Positions 60,093-64,000 of a stretch of DNA of 64,000 nucleotides are shown piece by piece. The stretch is from assembly GCF_006345805.1 (NCBI RefSeq), contig NW_021836307.1, positions 3,564 to 67,563 of the forward strand, read 5' to 3'. Every line of letters starts with the position of its first letter. The first letter of the stretch is position 1. The position numbers and the translations under genes are program-made. Under the pieces are notes generated by a model that made no database searches, had not been told where the DNA came from, and saw only the letters and a program-made list of their open reading frames with translations. Source of the stretch: Octopus sinensis. Its lineage: Eukaryota.

Positions 60093-60860
60093 TATGCATG
60101 TATATAAAAGATATATATTCAGGCCATTATACAATATGCCCGCTTTCAATGACAATGCTGTGCAATTTGAAAGAGCTTTGCTGCTACTTGTAACAAGTCA
60201 AGCAACTGTTACCTCACTGGCTCCAAGGTTCTCAGACTGGTTTATGACAATGATGATGATAATGGCGAGAGGAGGTGGTGCAGGTAGTTTCTGAGTGTGT
60301 GGGGTGGGGTTGAGATAAGAGTGGGGGAAGGTGATGGTTGGGTGGTAGAGATAACAGTGGTAATGTGTGCAAGGAAGGTGGGTGTGTGGGTGGGTAGTAA
60401 AGCCGACAGTAGCAGATGGCTGTTACCACCCCTAATATACCCCACCACCAACACTACATACATTCACCATTCACCCAATGCCCTCACCTTTATTGCAAAA
60501 AAGTGTCAGATATTAACAAGAAATAAATAAATTGCTCAAAAGATAAAATAAAGAAACCATCATCATCATTGGCATCAACATGACCACCACCACTAATCAT
60601 CATCATTATTATTGTCACTGTTGTGAGAACCTCCCCCTTCCAAACAACGAAATTGCACCCCCCCCCCCCCAACATAATTACAGTTATCAGATATTGATAG
60701 CATAGGTGTGTCAGCTTGGTTACTTTACATTTTTTGTATCCAGTGCATGTGTGTCTGAGTGTATGTGTGGATAGAGGCAGACAGACAGGCAGAGAGATAG
60801 ATAGACAGGCAGAGAGATAGATAGATAGATAGACAGACAGGCAGGCAGGCAAAGAGACAG

Positions 60861-61064
60861 ATACATACATACATACATACATACATACATACATACATAC
60901 ATACATACATACATACATACATACATACATACATACATACATACATACATACATACATACATACATACATACATACATACATACATACATACATACATAC
61001 ATACATACATACATACATACATACATACATACATACATACATACATACATACATACATACATAC
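60861..61064. repeat. Pure (ATAC)51 tetranucleotide microsatellite
   Basis: Uninterrupted 204 bp. Confidence 0.95.
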
Positions 61065-61149
61065 AGAGAGAGATAGACATAGTATGTAAACTCACACAAT
61101 GTACATACACACTCTGCACAAACGTTTATGCTTTTTTTTGTTGGTAATG

Positions 61150-61193
<44 letters not shown>

Positions 61194-61196
<3 letters not shown>

Positions 61197-62091
61197 TACC
61201 CAAAAGAAACTGGAATTTCAGAATATTAATTCATTCACTTAGTTTTACTTGCTTACACTTTTATTGCCATCAAAATATTCTTCGTTTGAAGCAATGCATT
61301 GTTCCAGACATACTTTCCACTGTTCAAAGCAGTTGTAGAACCCTTGTGAGGCCATTTAATGCCTCCATCATTCTTTTCTTCACCTCTTCCACATCAGCAA
61401 ATTCCGTAGCACCAGCTTTCGTCACCAGTGATGACCATCAAAAAAAAGATCTGGATCAACTTCCAGCAATCTTTCAGTTGACGAGATGCAATCAGCCGTG
61501 ACTGCTTTTGATCTCCTGTGAGCAAGTGAGGCACAAATTTCGCTGCTACTCTTTTCATTCGCAATTCCTCGCTCAAAATTCATTGGCAGGAGCTCCAGGA
61601 CACCCCAATCATATTAGAAAGTTCATCAATTGTTCGGCAGCAGTCCTCCAAGATCAGTTCATGAATGTACATGAAGTTTTCCTTCGTTCAGGAAATATGA
61701 ATGAGTTTGATCTGAATGAGTTTGATCTGCAAGTGACAAATGGCCATTTCTAAAATGTAGAAATCACTAATGAACTTGCGTTTTGCTCATGGAAGCAACT
61801 TTGTAAGCTGTTTGAAGCATGACAACTGTTTCAGCCATCACTTTCTCCAGCAGAAAGGAAGAATTTCACGGAAGAATGCTGTTCCTTCATTTCAGCCTTC
61901 ACAAAAATCGGCGAACAGAGAAGCACTGCAAAACAAAGACACATCATGTGGCAGTACGACTACACCCCAAGATGCTGCTCAGTAGACTGATGGCTGAGGG
62001 TCGCATCAAGTGGCTTTTATGGGCAGAAGCCTAAACTACAATGAGCTTGTCCCAGAGAGAATGTTTCTGGTTACTTTTGGGTACCTCCTTG
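61194..62091 (-). mobile_element. Internally deleted mariner element
   Basis: ORF 61394..61576 MKRVAAKFVPHLLT...VITGDESWCY; imperfect TIRs GTACCCAAAAG at both ends; TA at 62092. Confidence 0.8.
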
Positions 62092-62262
62092 TATATATAT
62101 ATATAAAAATACCTTTCCAGATAAAATTGCGTTTCATGTTTGAAGCTCTGATAAAGCTACAGGGCAGGTAATTCATGAACATGCGACTATGAGTGCATTG
62201 AATCTTATAGCAGAAACAGCTGTATGCTAGTGAAGCTCATGACAATTTCTTTTTCTTTTATA

Positions 62263-63255
62263 TCTATATCTACACACACACATATATATATATATATGTA
62301 CAACTGAGAATGTGTGTCTGTCTGCCTGTGTGTTTCCCTAAAACTTGAGAACTAAACAACCAATTTCATTAAAATTTTACACATACCTTACTTAAGGTCC
62401 GGGGAGTGTCATCGGCAAAAAACATCTTTACTTTTTCCCGAGGGTAACCCCACAGCAATATCATATCTTCTCCACTATTTCAGTATTACGTGTTAAAAGT
62501 GAAACAAAAACATCTCTCTTTTGTAATGCAGACACTTTCACTTTAATACTGAAACTATTAAAGTGAAAGTATTATATAACAGGGATGAACCATTAACAAT
62601 GGTCATCCATTTTGCTAGAAGAAGATCCGCTATGGTCTTATATGCTACACCACTGGTTTTCAATTCATATTAATCAAATTAATATTCAATTTTTCACCCT
62701 TATTATATGTGTGTGTGTGTGTATTAGCAATTTGTATAAAATTGTATCAATGACTTGAACTTGAATAAGTGGTTTCACATAAACGGGGATAAATTAAAAA
62801 GGTTTGTTGTTATTATTACTGTTTGACTATTATAATCACGTTTGTTGGTTCCTCGTCAGGGAAACGCTGTTGTGTTGCATTTGTTAAATAATTGTAATCT
62901 GTAACCCTCCCCCTTTCGGAGAAGGGGCTTTGGTTATTGTTTAAAAATTGAATTGTGTCCCTGTTTGGGGAAATTGACAATATTTTCACTGTCTTTACGG
63001 AAGCATTTTTGTTAAAATGCCTTCAATAGAAGAAAGTCCGAAAATGAATTTCGCTGCAGCCGTACACTTCTATACAAGAGGGAGGACAAGATCCAATTGA
63101 TTGAAATTGCAAGAGACAGGCCTACAATTCCAGTCTGTTATATATTTTGAGTATTGTTATCACTAGCGATATCAAGATATAACTTTGTATTTTGTATTTT
63201 ATGTGTTGATGTATATATATATAGATGTACATGTAATATGTACACATATATACAT
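62263..63255 (+). mobile_element. Second copy of the Helitron 5' end plus the same cassette
   Basis: 62295-62555 matches revcomp 43065-43320; 62723-62795 matches revcomp 42900-42970; 63065-63255 matches revcomp 42335-42545. Confidence 0.75.
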
Positions 63256-63539
63256 GCATAATATATCTACACATACACACACACACATACATAGGGGCAG
63301 GTGTGGCTGTGTGGTAACAAACTACGTTCCAAACACATGGTCCTTGGTTCAGTCCCACTGTGTGGTGACTTGGCATGTGTCTTCTGCTGTAGCCTCAGAC
63401 CAACAAAAGCCTTCTCAGTGGATTTTGTACATATATACAGGCATACATACAAATATATACTTGCATACGTACATATTCAGCATAAACACTCTACCACTAC
63501 AACTAATAACTGTTGGGAACACTTTCAAACCTGCCTTAC

Positions 63540-64000
63540 ATTCGAACCGGAATCTTAACGCCCGAGTTTTCCATCTGAAGTTAATCTCTCTCATGGAGTT
63601 CATACAAAAAGGGCAAGTCTTTGGGCCCATACAATGTGACATGTACACAATTGAGTGGCAAAAAAAAAGGCCTTCCACATGCTCATATCCTGCTTTGGCT
63701 CTCAGTGAAGATCAATTCCAATGACATCGACAAGATAATCTCTGCAGAGCTTCCTGATCCAGCTTTAGACAAAGAACTATAAGAAATAGTTAAAGCAAAC
63801 ATGGTACATGGTCCATGTGGGCGTGGATTCAACATAAACACACCATGCTTGAAGGACAGCATATGTTCAAAAAGATTTCCAAGGAGGTTCCTACAAGAAA
63901 CTCAGACAGGTGCTGATGGGTATCCATCATACAGACGCAGAAATCCAGAAGACGGAAGTTTCACAGCAACTATCGAACAGCACGATATTGATAATAAATA
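63540..64000 (+). mobile_element. Helitron Rep (HUH rolling-circle) domain pseudogene, runs off the window
   Basis: ARVFHLKL...YTIEWQK[+1 in A-run]RGLPHAHILLWL...ISAELPD...MVHGPCG...CSKRFP...GYPSYRRR; one frameshift and one stop. Confidence 0.9.

Noticed and set aside
60213-60236. 24-nt AG...GT segment (SENLGASE) as the missing NDR exon
   Set aside because: It has a weak polypyrimidine tract and no resemblance to the expected NDR N-terminal sequence.

Overview
Eukaryotic, AT-rich, microsatellite-saturated DNA. The repeat landscape (RTE LINEs with (GAT)n tails, partner SINEs, Tc1/mariner and TTAA MITEs, Helitrons) looks like an Octopus (cephalopod) genome; this species call is pattern recognition only. 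One protein-coding gene spans most of the window on the minus strand: an NDR-family AGC kinase (STK38/STK38L/tricornered). I traced 11 GT-AG coding exons from 49537 down to the stop at 3973; they splice into one open frame of 1221 nt (406 aa + stop). The ~60-aa N-terminus was not found and probably lies beyond 64000. The introns hold two ~2.3-kb RTE copies that share an internal-deletion junction, many SINEs and MITEs, a complete non-autonomous Helitron carrying a LINE-ORF1-like cassette, and a Helitron Rep remnant at the right edge. The most striking unannotated signal is a set of short, microsatellite-anchored foldback elements carrying type I hammerhead ribozyme (HHR) motifs. One motif (10391-10481) has a fully canonical core and lies in an ~850-bp element with a 599-nt unit, 122-bp direct repeats and a 132-bp inverted repeat, an architecture resembling Penelope pseudo-LTRs or retrozymes. 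Several other sequence-distinct elements carry variant or decayed HHR cores. All folds and alignments were done by eye.
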